NCBI GenBank assembly: GCA_038043245.1 | Contig: JBBTCH010000003.1 | Coordinates: 100,601-164,600, forward strand | DNA: 64,000 bases | Direction: 5' to 3' | From: Pseudomonadota bacterium | GTDB lineage: Bacteria > Pseudomonadota > Gammaproteobacteria > Nevskiales > Nevskiaceae | In this document: piece by piece, positions 16,717 to 26,242 of the stretch | Layout of the letters: each line of letters opens with the position of its first letter | Numbering within the stretch: position 1 is the first letter of the stretch | Notes under the pieces: generated by a model | The model's database searches: none | Seen by the model: only the letters and a program-made list of their open reading frames with translations | Told to the model about the DNA's origin: nothing | Translations under genes and position numbers: made by a program

Positions 16717-17469
16717 ATGCACATGCTGAAAATCCGTGGAATTTTCTGGCCAGTGGCGCTGGGGATGGCGGTTTTTATTTCAACAGCCGCCCAGGCCAGC
16801 GGCTTTGGTGTTGCGCCGATCCGCCTGGATTTCGACCGCACCTCGAAGACCGGGCTCATCGAGGTCAGCAATGACGATACGCGGCCACTGTCTTTCCAGA
16901 TGAAGTTGTTCGCCTGGAGCCAGGATGCCGAGGGCAAGGATCAGTATCAGCCCAGCAATGACCTGATTTTCTTTCCGCAGATCATGTCCCTGAAACCCAA
17001 GGAAAAGCGGCCCATCCGGGTCGGCACCAAGGGTCCGCCGGCGGCGTCTGAGCGCGCCTACCGCCTGTTCATCGAGGAACTTCCCGATCCTGCCGAGACA
17101 GCTGCGGCGAAAGCGCCGCAGATTGCGGTCCGGATACGGTTCGGTGTGCCGCTGTTCGTGGCCCCGGCCCAGCCGCAAATCGCCGGTGTGATTGAAGATG
17201 CGAAGTTGGCCAAGGGAGAAATTCAACTGCGGGTGAGAAACACCGGCAACCGTAATTTCCAGTTTGAAACCGTCGCGGCCCGCGCCGGCACAACCTCTAT
17301 AGGCGAGACGCGAGGGTGGTATCTGTTTCCCGGCATCGCACGCGCCTACAGCATCAAAGTGGATTCGGAAGCCTGCGCCAAGGCAAAAACACTGGAAGTC
17401 CATTTAAGCGCGGACGGCCTGGAACTCAAACACGAGCTGGAAGCCACTCCCACGCTCTGCCGTCCCTGA
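16717..17469 (+). CDS. Periplasmic pilus chaperone (PapD/CsuC-like)
   Basis: GFGVAPIRLDFDRTSKTGLIEVSNDDTRPLSFQMKLFAW is a typical chaperone N-domain. Confidence 0.85.
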   Translation: MHMLKIRGIFWPVALGMAVFISTAAQASGFGVAPIRLDFDRTSKTGLIEVSNDDTRPLSFQMKLFAWSQDAEGKDQYQPSNDLIFFPQIMSLKPKEKRPIRVGTKGPPAASERAYRLFIEELPDPAETAAAKAPQIAVRIRFGVPLFVAPAQPQIAGVIEDAKLAKGEIQLRVRNTGNRNFQFETVAARAGTTSIGETRGWYLFPGIARAYSIKVDSEACAKAKTLEVHLSADGLELKHELEATPTLCRP

Positions 17470-17512
17470 CGGCTGGCGCTACACGCCAGCTGGATTTTCC
17501 GGAGTCTGTCGG

Positions 17513-19906
17513 GTGAAGCGGTTTTTTCTGCTATGCGTTGTCGCTGCCCTGATATTCCGGTCACTGGATGCGTCCGCACAACCAACCGGTGCCGCCGTCC
17601 GCCCCGTACGTCAAGCCGCCAGCCCGCTGCAGGCCCTGGTCGCCGCCATCACGGTCAACAGCGAACCCAAGGGGGAAGGAATTCTCTACCTCGAAGGTCA
17701 GGATGATTTTTTAATCAAACTCTCCGAGCTCGAAGCGCTGGCCAAGGTTCCAGCGACCATCGAGGCGGTGGAGATCGAAGGCGAGCACTACATTGCATTG
17801 AAGCGCCTTCCCGGCGCAGAAATCGTGTTCGATGAGAAAACCCTGACACTGGCTATCGTCCTGCCGCCCGAGGCGTTCGAAAACCGGGTTTACAGTCTCG
17901 CCACCAGCCGCGCCTCCGCAGAGCCGCTGCCGGATCAATTCAGTGCCCTGCTCAATTACCGGATGAGCCATACCGGCGACGACCAGGGGTCTGCGGGCAA
18001 CTGGGTTCTGGGCGCCGAGGAGGGTTTACACCTGGGAAACTGGTTGTTCGCCAACCAGAACCAGTTTTTGTATGACGCCCGGCGCTTCCAGTCCCTGCGC
18101 TACGGCACGCAGCTGATTCGCGACTATCGCGAACACATGCAACGCCTGACCCTGGGTGATGCGTTTACCGCGCCCAGAGAACTCGGCGCTTCGGTGCCGG
18201 TTGCCGGCGTGAGCTTCTCCAAGGCCTACCAGTTATCGCCGTATTTCGTGCGGGTGCCCTCGGTCAATTTCGCCGGCACCACGTCTCTGCCGTCCGAAGT
18301 GGATTTTTATGTGGGCGATACCCGCGTCCTGCGCCAGCAGGTCTCGCCGGGGCCGTTTGAAATTGCCGACTTCAACTATTACGGAGGCCAGCGCGATGTC
18401 CGCGTTGTGCTTCGCGACAACCTGGGACGCGAGCAGACCATTGCCTACCCGTTTTATTTCACGGATCAGGGATTGGCGCGGGGTCTGCACGATTACAGCT
18501 ACCAGATCGGCGTCCTGCGCAGGGATTTTGGGCTTGAGACCAGCCGCTATGGCTCCCCCGCATTTTCGACATTTCATGCCTACGGCTTTACCGATTCGAT
18601 CACGCTGGGATTTCGCACCGAAGGGACTGCGGACTACGGCAACCTCGGCCTCAATGCCGTTTTGCGCAGCGATTATCTCGGCGTGTTGTCCTTGAATGGT
18701 GCCAGCAGCCTCGACGGCGGCGGACGCCGCGGAGCTGCTTATGCTGCGGCCTACAGCTTCCAGTCGGGCGGGTTTTCCGGCGTACTGGCGGGGCGCCGGT
18801 TCAGCGACGCTTACACCGCGCTTACTGCCGGCGTGCCGGTATTGCCGCCGAAACGGGAGCTCAACGGATCATTGGGATACTCGATTGCCGGACTGGGCTC
18901 CCTGAACATCGGCTACAGCCGCCGCGACTCCTATATCAACGCCGGTTCCAGTCAGGCAAGTCTGGGTTATTCACGCAGCTTTCTGCGCAAGCTCAATGTG
19001 TTCGCGACCTATCGCCATCGCATCGGTCAGAGCGCTGGAGATGAGGTGTTCATCGGCCTGCAGTACCAGCCCGGCGCGAACCACACGGTGGGCGCCTCGG
19101 TACAAGCCAATGATGCCGGCAGGCAGCACGGGCAGATCCAGGTCGCCAATGCGCTGCCGCAAGGCCAAGGCTACGGCTACCGGCTTGGCCTTGAGCGCGA
19201 GAACGACCCGGTCGGTGCAGCCACGTTTGTCTCTCCGGAATTGCAACTCAATACTCGTTACGCCGCCCTATCCGGAATCGCCCGCTCACAATTCGGATCG
19301 GCGGCGTCCGCTACGACTTATTCCGTTGCGATGGCCGGGAGTCTCGCGACGGTGGGCGGCCATGTCGGCTTCAATCGACCCATCAGCGACAGTTTTGGCG
19401 TCGCCGAGATCACGCCGCCGCTAGCCGATGTCCGCGTCTATCAAAACAGCCAGGAAGTCGGTCGTACTGACAGTAATGGCCAATTGTTTTTGCCCGAGAT
19501 CATCTCGTTCATCGACAACCACATTTCGATCAATGACAAGGATATTCCGATCGAATACGGCATGGACCGCACGTCTCGCCTGTTTTCTGCTTCATTCCGC
19601 AGCGGATCAGTGCTCAAATTTTTGGTACGGCGCACGCAAAGCTTCGCCGGATCGCTGAAATACAGCATGGCGGGCACCCCGTTACCGCTGGAGTATCATT
19701 CGGTGCTGTTGACCGTGGGCGCGGACAAAATAGACTTTCTTACGGGCGGTAACGGTGACTTCTACCTTGAGAACATTCCCGCAGGCACTCATCAGGCATT
19801 GGTGCGGATCGGCGCTGTCGAATGCACGTTCACCGTGGTCCTGCCGGAAAGTCCGGAGATATTCATCGCGCTCGGCGAGGTCATGACCTGCGATGTCGCG
19901 CCTTAA
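17513..19906 (+). CDS. Outer-membrane pilus usher (CsuD-like)
   Basis: 797 aa, GTG start, signal peptide, located between the chaperone and the tip-subunit gene. The length and position fit an usher. Confidence 0.85.
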   Translation: MKRFFLLCVVAALIFRSLDASAQPTGAAVRPVRQAASPLQALVAAITVNSEPKGEGILYLEGQDDFLIKLSELEALAKVPATIEAVEIEGEHYIALKRLPGAEIVFDEKTLTLAIVLPPEAFENRVYSLATSRASAEPLPDQFSALLNYRMSHTGDDQGSAGNWVLGAEEGLHLGNWLFANQNQFLYDARRFQSLRYGTQLIRDYREHMQRLTLGDAFTAPRELGASVPVAGVSFSKAYQLSPYFVRVPSVNFAGTTSLPSEVDFYVGDTRVLRQQVSPGPFEIADFNYYGGQRDVRVVLRDNLGREQTIAYPFYFTDQGLARGLHDYSYQIGVLRRDFGLETSRYGSPAFSTFHAYGFTDSITLGFRTEGTADYGNLGLNAVLRSDYLGVLSLNGASSLDGGGRRGAAYAAAYSFQSGGFSGVLAGRRFSDAYTALTAGVPVLPPKRELNGSLGYSIAGLGSLNIGYSRRDSYINAGSSQASLGYSRSFLRKLNVFATYRHRIGQSAGDEVFIGLQYQPGANHTVGASVQANDAGRQHGQIQVANALPQGQGYGYRLGLERENDPVGAATFVSPELQLNTRYAALSGIARSQFGSAASATTYSVAMAGSLATVGGHVGFNRPISDSFGVAEITPPLADVRVYQNSQEVGRTDSNGQLFLPEIISFIDNHISINDKDIPIEYGMDRTSRLFSASFRSGSVLKFLVRRTQSFAGSLKYSMAGTPLPLEYHSVLLTVGADKIDFLTGGNGDFYLENIPAGTHQALVRIGAVECTFTVVLPESPEIFIALGEVMTCDVAP

Positions 19907-20381
19907 ATATTTTTTAGGGGGAGTGCTCCTGTGCTTTGCAGGCAGCAGCTACGGGCAGAGCCCCCACACCACGTGCAGCGCCAGCAATGCCAGCCTCAGT
20001 CTGGGTCAGTACCCCAGCTACAGCGCAACGCCGGTGGACTCCAGCGGAGTTTTTACCGTGACCTGCACGCGCACCGGCGGCCCGCCGGATACCGACATCA
20101 CCGTCGGACTCGGTCCCAGCGCAAATTCCGGCAGCATCCCGAATCGGCAGCTGCGGTCCGCGAGTGGAGCCGATGTCTTGAACTACAACCTTTACGCCGA
20201 TGCCTCAAGACTGCGGGTCTGGGGGGATACCGAAGGGGTGAACACGGTGACCGAGACCATCCGGCTTGCGAACAAAACCAGCGGCAGTCTGAACTTCAAT
20301 ATCTACGCGAGGATCGACGCGCTGCAGGACGTGCGCGCGGGGCTGTATTCCGACTCGATCGTGGTCACGGTGAGTTTTTAG
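19893..20381 (+). CDS. SCPU-domain subunit, probable tip/adhesin (CsuE-like position)
   Basis: Overlaps the usher stop. C-terminal AGLYSDSIVVTVSF. Confidence 0.8.
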   Translation: MSRLKYFLGGVLLCFAGSSYGQSPHTTCSASNASLSLGQYPSYSATPVDSSGVFTVTCTRTGGPPDTDITVGLGPSANSGSIPNRQLRSASGADVLNYNLYADASRLRVWGDTEGVNTVTETIRLANKTSGSLNFNIYARIDALQDVRAGLYSDSIVVTVSF

Positions 20382-20393
20382 CGGGACACTCGC

Positions 20394-21089
20394 TCAGAAC
20401 GAAGAAATTGTGGACACCTGCATCATGCGCTGAGCCGCGATGGCGGCTTCGGTTCGTCTGCGTAGACCCAACTGGCGCAGGATCAGGGTGACGTGCCATT
20501 TCACGGTGGCTTCCGCCATGTTCAGCTCGCTCGCGATCTGCTTGTTCAGACGACCCTCGGCTACCAGCATCAGCACGCGGAACTGCATGGGCGTCAACTC
20601 GGGAATGCGCGAGGCCGGGTCGTGGCGTGTGTCGTCTTTCGTGGCCATGCGCACCGCGGGTGGAACCCAGGTTTCTCCGTTTAAAACCAGACGCAGCACG
20701 TCGGCCAACTCGACAATCGGCAGGGATTTCGGCACATAGGCGCGGGCGCCCAGCTCAAGGGCGCGACGCATCACATCCGCCTCTTCATGGCCTGAGACCA
20801 CCACCACGGGCAACCGCGGATGTTCGGTCCGCAGATAGTTCAGACAGGAGAATCCGTCGGCGCCAGGCATGTCCAGATCGAGCAACACAAAATCCGTTGC
20901 AGACCGATTTTCAAAATGTCGTTTGAGTGACTCGAAAGAATCGGCTTCCGCAGTGCGTGAGATGCCCAGCGAGCGCGTCAGCAGCAAACGCATCGCGTCC
21001 CGGAACATCGGGTGATCGTCCGCGATCAATACCTGTCGCGGAACAGGGCGCACAGCTTTTGCAGCTTTGTTTTTTAATGGTTTGGACAT
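20394..21089 (-). CDS. NarL/FixJ-family response regulator (REC plus LuxR HTH)
   Basis: VLIADDHPMFRD...LLDLDMPGADG; HTH LTPMQFRVLMLVAEGRLNKQIASELNMAEATVKWHV. Confidence 0.9.
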   Translation of the reverse strand: MSKPLKNKAAKAVRPVPRQVLIADDHPMFRDAMRLLLTRSLGISRTAEADSFESLKRHFENRSATDFVLLDLDMPGADGFSCLNYLRTEHPRLPVVVVSGHEEADVMRRALELGARAYVPKSLPIVELADVLRLVLNGETWVPPAVRMATKDDTRHDPASRIPELTPMQFRVLMLVAEGRLNKQIASELNMAEATVKWHVTLILRQLGLRRRTEAAIAAQRMMQVSTISSF

Positions 21090-21177
21090 GCAGGATGACG
21101 ACCACTCCCTGCCACAACATTAACACCCGTAAGGCTTGACCGCATCGGTATCGTGCCTCGCGACTTCCGAAACCCCG

Positions 21178-24100
21178 CTACTGCGCTCCGGGCCTTTGCA
21201 CACAGCGTTTCAGCGCAGCCACCAGGGCTTCTGCGGTCACCGGCTTGACCACGTAGTCCTGCATGCCGGCGCGCTCGCCTTCGTGACGGTCTTCAGCCAT
21301 GGCATTGGCGGTCATGCCGACGATGCGCGGGCGCCGGTCGGGCGGGAAGCGCTTGCACAGCGTTCGCGTCGCTTCCAGGCCATCCATCACCGGCATCTGC
21401 ACATCCATGAAGACCACGTCATAGGCCAGGCGCTCGACCGCGGCCACCGCCTCCTGACCATTGGCGACGAAATCGGGCTTGTAGCCCATGCGGTTGAACA
21501 GCAGCTGCGCCACCTTCTGGTTCACCGTGTTGTCTTCGGCGATCAGGATGCGCAGCGGATGTTCCTGCCCGAGATTCTTCGGCAGTTCGAAGCGGGTATT
21601 TTCGTTGTCCATTTTGGTTCTCGGCATTTTCTTGAGTACTTCCTGCGTGACCTCGAGCAGGCGCGAGGGCTTGATCGGCTTGAGCATCGCGGCGGTGATG
21701 ACGCCGGGCTTCTCGCCTTTGACGAGGGCAGAACTCAGCATGACGATCGGCAGTTCCGCTTCCGGCCGCAACTTGCGCAGCTTGCGCGCCAGCTCAAGGC
21801 CGTCCATGCCCGGCATGTGGAAGTCCAGCAGCGCAATGTCGTAGGGGTCGCCCCGTTCTATCCACTGCAGGGCTTCGCTGGCGCTGTCGGTGGCCTGCGG
21901 CTCCATGCCCCAGGCGCGGCTGTAGTGCAGCAGGACGCGACGGTTGATCTCGATGTCGTCCACGATCAGCACCCGCCGTCCGCGCAGGCCAGGAATCTCC
22001 GCCTGCGGCGTGATGCGTTTGTCGAGCGGTGCCGCTGAAACACGGACGGTGAAACTGAAGACCGAACCCTGTCCGGGCTGGCTTTCGACCCGGATCGTCC
22101 CGCCCATCAGCTCGACCAGACGTTTGCTGATCGACAATCCCAGGCCGGTGCCGCCGTAGGTGCGCGTGGTGGAGCTGTCTACCTGGGAGAAGGGCTTGAA
22201 CAGCTTGGCTTGTTGTTCCGGATTCATGCCGATGCCACTATCCTTCACTGCGAATTCGATCTCGTAGGCTTCGTCCAGCTTGCGCGCCGAAACCTCGACC
22301 GACACCTGGCCTTGGGCGGGCGTGAACTTGACTGCGTTGGACAGCAGGTTCAACAGCACCTGGCGCAGGCGACTGACGTCGCCGCGGACGCCTTCCGGAA
22401 CTTCGGGTTGAGTGAGGTAGCCGACTTCCACGTTCTTCTGGGCTGCCGCCGCAGAGATGAGATCCAGCGTGGTTTCAATGCACTCGCGCAAGGCAAAAGA
22501 CTCGGATTCAAGCTCGACCTTGCCGGCCTCGATTTTGGAGTAATCGAGGATGTCGTTGATGATCGTCAACAGATGCTCGCCGCTGTTGCGGATGATCTCG
22601 GTCCATTCCCGCTGCTCGGGCGTCTGCCTGGAATCCATCAGGATGCTGGTCATGCCGATGACGGCGTTCATCGGCGTGCGGATTTCGTGGCTCATGTTGG
22701 CCAGGAACGCGGTCTTGGCTTCGGCGGCGGCATGCGACGCGGTCTGGGCGGATTTCATGTCCTCGATATCGGTGGACGTACCGAACCACTTGACCACATT
22801 GCCCTGCTCGTCCTTGAGTGGCAGCGCGCGCGCCAGATGCCAGCGGTAGATGCCATCGTGCCGCCGCAACCGGTACTTCGCCTCCAGCGGAGTGCCCGCT
22901 TCCAGGGACTCGCGCCAGGCGGCTCGCGTTGCCTCAAGATCATCACGATGAAGCCCTTTCTCCCACCCAGTCCTTATGACGGTTTCAAGCGTAGCCCCGA
23001 AGTAATTGGTGAGCGCCGAATTGGCGAAGTTCAGGGTGCCATCGGGCTGCGCCGTCCATACATGCTCGGGGATGGCTTCGCTCAGGAACCGGTAGTGGGC
23101 CTCGCTTTCGCGCTGCGCCTGCTCGGCCTTGATGCGCTGCGTGATGTCAGCCGCCACGCCGCCGATGAATAATCGTTTTTGGGCATCAACGAAGCGGAAC
23201 CGGGTCAAATACCAGTAATGATCGACCCCTTGGGCGTCCGCCGCCGACCCCTCCGATTCGCTGGACTGCCCTGTCCTCAGTACCGGCAGTTCCTTGTCCC
23301 TGCAGAGCTGGGCAAAGTCCTTGGGGAACAGGTCGAAATCGGTCTTGCCCTTCCAGCGGTCGTCGTAAATCCCGAGGAATTTGCGGTATGCGGCGCTGAC
23401 AAAAAGATATCGTCCGTCTTCATCCTTCATCCAGCTCAGCGAGGGGTTATTGTCCAGAAACATCTGGAATCGACCTTCGCTTTCACGCAGTTCGCGCTCC
23501 AGGCGTCTTTGTTCCGTGACATCCAGGCCGATGCCGGCCACGAATTTTCTGCCGTCACTGCCGGGCAGGGAGAATTTTTGAATCCACCAGTCTGCGACCT
23601 TGCCATCGCGGTCCCGGGTGTTGCACTCAAATTGGACCGGCGAATCGGAATCCAATGCGCGACGGTCAGTTTCGCTGAAAAGTCGTGCTTCATCCGCCGA
23701 GAAGAATGAAGTGTCGTCGCGCCCGGACCAGTCGTCCTCTTTCGCGCCGAATCGCTTTTTATGGGCCTTGTTCCGGGTGACATAGCGACCGTCATCGGTT
23801 TTGATCCAGGCGATCGCCGGCGTGTATTCCAGAAACGACTTGAATCGGTCTTCGGCCTCCTGCACCGCTTTCTGAGCGTGCCGAAGCCGGGTGAAATCCC
23901 ACCAGGACGAGCGCGACAGGATTTCCTGGTTGTACGCGCCCAGGACCGCGATTACGCCAAAGAAAATAAGCAGGTAGGCCTGCAGCAAGGGCACATTTCC
24001 GTTGCCCGGATACAGAAACTCCAGGGCGATGGCGGCCGCTGTGAAGGCAACGGAGGTCGGAGCGATCCTGGCCCAGCTGAAGCCGCCAAAGAACGTGATG

Positions 24101-24469
24101 GCGATCAGCGTGACGCCAAACATGCCCGCGGGATAGCGCATTTCCCCTTCGAGGGAAAAATACCGGAAAACGAGGATCACGGACAGCAGAATGACCACGG
24201 CCGCGCTTTGAACGCCCTGCGCCCAGACCCGGGGTGTTCGAAAAAAGCTGACGGCCGCGGCAGCGAGACAGATCGGCATCACCAGAGCCAGTTCGAGGAT
24301 CACCAGTAATTGCGCCATGGCCGGCGAAGGCAGAAACAGATAGTCCTGATACAGCGGCGCCAGCCCGAATCCCAGGGCGAACGCTACAAATAATCCTGTT
24401 CTCGCCGCTCTCAAGCTTCGCCGCAGATATTCGCGGAACGCGATTTCCAGGTCGGGCGGGAAACGCATG
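21178..24469 (-). CDS. Hybrid sensor histidine kinase: multi-TM N-terminus, 3 PAS, HisKA/HATPase, two REC domains
   Basis: [19 protein letters not shown]-box, [10 protein letters not shown], and two receivers ([11 protein letters not shown] and [11 protein letters not shown]). ATG at 24469; the ORF-track start at 24501 is a TTG. Confidence 0.85.
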
Positions 24470-24506
24470 TCACGCACTTCTCTGCTCAATTTGCGATGCA
24501 ATTTGT

Positions 24507-24517
24507 GGGGGGGGGGG
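24507..24517. repeat. G11 (C11 on the kinase strand) homopolymer tract
   Basis: Counted directly: atttgtGGGGGGGGGGGtat. It lies 38-48 nt upstream of the kinase ATG at 24469. Confidence 0.9.
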
Positions 24518-24576
24518 TATTCACTTTGTCTTGCTGTCTATAGGAGGGCTTGTCTCAAGAGTCAGACACTATCGCG

Positions 24577-24657
24577 CGAATCCTTCCGGGCGCGCCAGTT
24601 TTCAGCGAAAAAAGAAACCCGCTTCTGGCGGGTTTCTTTTTCGTTTGAGGGCGCGTT
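24577..24657 (+). repeat. Right copy of island-flanking direct repeat (orphan tRNA-Arg 3' half plus terminator)
   Basis: cgaatccttccgggcgcGccagttttc... aligns with 13341-13417. By hand alignment there are 8 mismatches and one 3-nt indel over ~77 nt. Confidence 0.8.
24613..24645. terminator. Bidirectional rho-independent terminator (serves csrA on the minus strand)
   Basis: GAAACCCGC-ttctg-GCGGGTTTC with T-runs on both strands. Confidence 0.7.
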
Positions 24658-24659
24658 CG

Positions 24660-24845
24660 CTATTCGGGTTTTTTCGCGGCTTCGTCAGCCTGAATGCGCC
24701 CCGCGACTTCTTCGCGGTGCACGGCGACATCCTTGGGCGCCTTGATGCCGATGCGCACCTGGTTGCCTTTGAGGCCGAGGACGGAGACGACGATCTGATC
24801 GCCGATGACGATGGTTTCGCCGACGCGGCGGGTGAGTATCAGCAC
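24660..24845 (-). CDS. csrA: Carbon storage regulator CsrA/RsmA
   Basis: (M)[45 protein letters not shown], with a GTG start. Confidence 0.95.
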   Translation of the reverse strand: MLILTRRVGETIVIGDQIVVSVLGLKGNQVRIGIKAPKDVAVHREEVAGRIQADEAAKKPE

Positions 24846-24915
24846 GGTCCTGCTCCCTCGCTGCCCGCTCCGTCCGTGGATGCGTATAGCCGCAGCGTTT
24901 AGTTATGCGGCTAGC

Positions 24916-26145
24916 TTAACCCGGCGCCTGTTCCAGACCAAAGGCCTTGTGCAGGGTGCGCACCGCCAGTTCCAGATACTTGTCCTGCACCGCGACCGAG
25001 ATCTTGATCTCGGAGGTCGAGATCATCTGGATGTTGATGCCTTCGGCGGCCAGCGCCTTGAACATCTTGGCGGCGATGCCGGCGTGCGAGCGCATGCCGA
25101 CGCCGACCAGCGAGACCTTGACGATGTCGGTGGAGGTGCGCACGCCCTTGGCGCCGAGTTCTTTCGCCACGCGCTTGACCACTTCGGCGGTTTTCTCGAT
25201 GTCGTTGCGGTGCACGGTGAAGGTGAAGTCGGTGCTGCCGTCGGCGCCGACGTTCTGCACGATCATGTCCACTTCGATGTTGGCCTCGCCCACGGGCCCG
25301 AGGATCGCGGCGGCGATGCCGGGACGGTCGGGCACGCCGTTCATGGTGATCTGCGCCTCGTCGCGGTTGAAGGCGATACCGGAAATCAGCGGGTCTTCCA
25401 TCTTTGAGTCCTCATCTTCAAGCGTGATCAGCGTGCCGGGGCCTTCGACGAAAGTCGAAAGCACGCGCAGCGGAACCTTGTATTTGCCGGCGAATTCCAC
25501 CGCGCGGATTTGCAGCACTTTCGAGCCGAGGCTCGCCATCTCGAGCATTTCTTCGAACGTGATGCGGTCCAGCCGGCGCGCTTTCGGCTCGACGCGTGGA
25601 TCGGTGGTGTAGACGCCGTCCACATCGGTATAGATCTGGCATTCGTCGGCCTTGAGCGCGGCGGCCAGCGCCACGCCCGTGGTATCCGAGCCACCGCGGC
25701 CGAGCGTGGCGGTGCTGCCATCCGGCGCGATGCCCTGGAATCCGGCGACCACCGGCACGATGCCGGCATCGCAGTCGGCACGCAGGCGCTCGGCGTCGAT
25801 CGCCTGGATGCGCGCCTTGGTGTAGGCCTCGTCGGTGCGGATGGCGACCTGCGGGCCGGTATACGAGCGCGCCGGCACGCCGGCTTTTTCCAGCGCCAGC
25901 GCCAACAGGCCGATGGTGACTTGTTCGCCGGTCGAGGCGATCTGGTCCATCTCACGACCCGAACCGCGCGGATTGATCGACTTGGCGAGCTTCAAAAGTC
26001 GATCGGTTTCGCCGGACATCGCGGACACGACGACGACAACCTGATGGCCTTTCGCACGCGTTGCCGCAATCTTGCTGGCGACATGCTCGATGCGCTCGAC
26101 CGAGCCCATCGAGGTGCCGCCATATTTCTGGACTATGAGAGACAT
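24916..26145 (-). CDS. lysC: Aspartate kinase
   Basis: MSLIVQKYGGTSMGSVERI..., C-terminal ACT domains, 409 aa. Confidence 0.95.
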   Translation of the reverse strand: MSLIVQKYGGTSMGSVERIEHVASKIAATRAKGHQVVVVVSAMSGETDRLLKLAKSINPRGSGREMDQIASTGEQVTIGLLALALEKAGVPARSYTGPQVAIRTDEAYTKARIQAIDAERLRADCDAGIVPVVAGFQGIAPDGSTATLGRGGSDTTGVALAAALKADECQIYTDVDGVYTTDPRVEPKARRLDRITFEEMLEMASLGSKVLQIRAVEFAGKYKVPLRVLSTFVEGPGTLITLEDEDSKMEDPLISGIAFNRDEAQITMNGVPDRPGIAAAILGPVGEANIEVDMIVQNVGADGSTDFTFTVHRNDIEKTAEVVKRVAKELGAKGVRTSTDIVKVSLVGVGMRSHAGIAAKMFKALAAEGINIQMISTSEIKISVAVQDKYLELAVRTLHKAFGLEQAPG

Positions 26146-26157
26146 GCGTTTAATTGT

Positions 26158-26239
26158 GTCATTCCGAGCATCGCGAGGAATCTGATCAGATCCTTCCCCC
26201 TCAAGGGGGGACTGAACAGAGTCGTTCGCTCAGGATGAC
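26158..26239. repeat. REP/MITE-like palindromic element (GTCATTCCGAGC family)
   Basis: GTCATTCCGAGC...GCTCAGGATGAC inverted termini. Shares GTCATTyCGAGC..GCGAGrAATCTGATCAGAT with the element at 47293. Confidence 0.6.
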
Positions 26240-26242
26240 AGC

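Larger units (their letters stand above)
13362..24576. mobile_element. Putative tRNA-Arg-associated genomic island (~11.2 kb), no integrase detected
   Basis: Flanked by the direct repeat above. Visibly lower GC than the flanks. Cargo is the Csu-type pilus operon plus signalling genes. It interrupts an otherwise tRNA-csrA convergent junction. Confidence 0.55.

Noticed and set aside
21136-23172. Plus-strand ORFs (300 aa and 320 aa) opposite the island hybrid kinase
   Set aside because: They are antisense to a gene with complete PAS, HisKA, HATPase and REC motifs. Their products are Arg/Gly/His-rich with no domain features.
26146-26242. Possible lysine riboswitch or leader upstream of lysC
   Set aside because: The 97-nt spacer is almost entirely the GTCATTCCGAGC-type palindromic element. 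It is too short and lacks the multi-helix L-box architecture.
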